Shown here: positions 62,906 to 64,000 of the stretch, piece after piece
Layout of the letters: every line of letters starts with the position of its first letter
Numbering within the stretch: position 1 is the first letter of the stretch
From: an uncultured Acidobacteriota bacterium
Lineage (GTDB): Bacteria > Acidobacteriota > Thermoanaerobaculia > Gp7-AA8
Reading direction: 5' to 3'
DNA length: 64,000 nucleotides
Assembly: GCA_963741955.1 (NCBI GenBank)
Contig: CAVUKB010000007.1
Location: 224,001-288,000, forward strand
The notes under the pieces: model-generated
What the model was told of the DNA's origin: nothing
Seen by the model: the letters and a program-made list of their open reading frames with translations, nothing else
Databases searched by the model: none
Position numbers and translations under genes: made by a program

Positions 62906-63142
62906 TGTTGTCTGCGATGAAGGCGAAGCCTGTGGCTTCCGCAGAGCGTCGGTGATTCATCCACCCAGCTCCGCTTCTGCCGGAACTTCGGATGCTGCTG
63001 CGGTCGCGCCCTCGCCGCAATCCGCGCGGCGGATCGGAGGATCCGCTCCCCACGGCGAGAATCACCGATGTCGTGGGTTTCGCGGAGCGTCGGCGATTCG
63101 GTGGACGGCGCAGACAGCGCGGTTTGTGCGCAACTCGCAACC

Positions 63143-64000
63143 CTACGGGCGGGCGTCTTCGAGCTGCTTGATCCGGGAGACGATGTCGCGGTAGTTGCTG
63201 TTCATGCCGTAGACCTCGAGAAATGCCTTGTGGGCGTTCTCCGTGTCTCCGACTTCCAGATACGCGGAGCCGAGGTCGTAAAGGAGTCCGAGATGTTCTT
63301 CCTCGGTGATCTCCGGAACCTCGAGCCCCTTGGTGTACCACTTGATCGCCAGCTGCGGCATTCCCTTTTCGAGGAAACAGAGGCCGAGCATCGAGCAGCA
63401 TTCGATGGTGCGCTTCGGATCCTTCGACGCGAGCTGGAACTCTCCGATGGCCTCGTCGATCAGCCCCATCTCCTTGTAGGCGATCCCGAGATTGTAGTGT
63501 GTGTCGTAGTCCTCGCTGTCGAGCTGCTGTTCGACACCCTTCTTGAACTCCTTGAAGATCTCCTCGAGTGACTGCTCCTCTTCCGAAAGGGCCGCCATCT
63601 CCGAGTTTTCTTCATCCAGCTCCTGTTCCAGTTCGGCGGCGAGATCGAAAAAGTCCTCTTCTTCCGCGAAGAGTCCTTCTTCTTCCGCTGCCTCGGCTCG
63701 AGCTGCAGGCGTTTCCTTTGGAGGGGAAGGCGGTAACGGCTCCACCTCTTCCTCCTCATCGGGAATGGCAGAGAGGAGCTCCGTCTCGATGTCGGCAGCG
63801 GAGAGGCCGGAGGGCGTCCCCCCCTTCGGCGGCTGAAACGCCGCTGCATCGAGTCTTTCGCTGCGCGATGTCAGTTCAGGATGATCGGGGTACTTCTCCA
63901 GGAGCGAATCGAGCTTCCGTCTTGCCTCGTCGAACAGCTCCTGCTCGATGTAGAAGTCGATCTCGCCGAGCTCCTCGACGGGTGGTTCACCCGTATCCGT
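63143..64000 (-). CDS. C-terminal part of a large acidic TPR protein (FimV/SgmX-like), 5' end outside the window
   Basis: Frame open to 64000. EIDFYIEQELFDEA, acidic linker and DYDTHYNLGIAYKEMGLIDEAI TPRs. Confidence 0.8.
   Translation of the reverse strand, partial: TDTGEPPVEELGEIDFYIEQELFDEARRKLDSLLEKYPDHPELTSRSERLDAAAFQPPKGGTPSGLSAADIETELLSAIPDEEEEVEPLPPSPPKETPAARAEAAEEEGLFAEEEDFFDLAAELEQELDEENSEMAALSEEEQSLEEIFKEFKKGVEQQLDSEDYDTHYNLGIAYKEMGLIDEAIGEFQLASKDPKRTIECCSMLGLCFLEKGMPQLAIKWYTKGLEVPEITEEEHLGLLYDLGSAYLEVGDTENAHKAFLEVYGMNSNYRDIVSRIKQLEDARP

Noticed and set aside
62541-63401. ORFs with (SSLEPRA)n-type repeats
   Set aside because: These are translations of the heptamer DNA tract, open in several frames on both strands, with no support as genes.

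Overview
A high-GC, gene-dense bacterial chromosomal segment. Gene content suggests Acidobacteriota, probably Thermoanaerobaculia-like (inferred from the kinase-PD40 protein, DUF4097/ECF/HEAT module and PKD protein with a duplicated C-terminal domain). Housekeeping genes: glyQ-glyS-ppdK, yitJ-type Met synthesis, thiD/thiC/thiL, lepB, mqnE, fused AhbAB-like, NAD-IDH, arcA/arcC, truA. There are two riboswitches: TPP before thiC, and a SAM-II-like aptamer with an intrinsic terminator before yitJ. Notable features: (1) a 12 kb phospho-signalling locus with PP2C, protease-FHA, Zn-FHA, two kinases, TPR, class A PBP and a divergent FHA-GAF-cyclase; (2) an accessory operon of a secreted Cys-rich 67-aa peptide, a secreted propeller-like protein and a ~1000-aa Ig-like repeat protein, next to a truncated methyltransferase; (3) several families of intergenic repeats, including a ~225-bp four-motif element in 4 same-orientation copies, a 167-bp MITE in 2 copies, REP-like hairpins and heptamer tracts. 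No rRNA, tRNA, CRISPR array or transposase was recognised. All calls come from reading motifs by eye; no database search was run.
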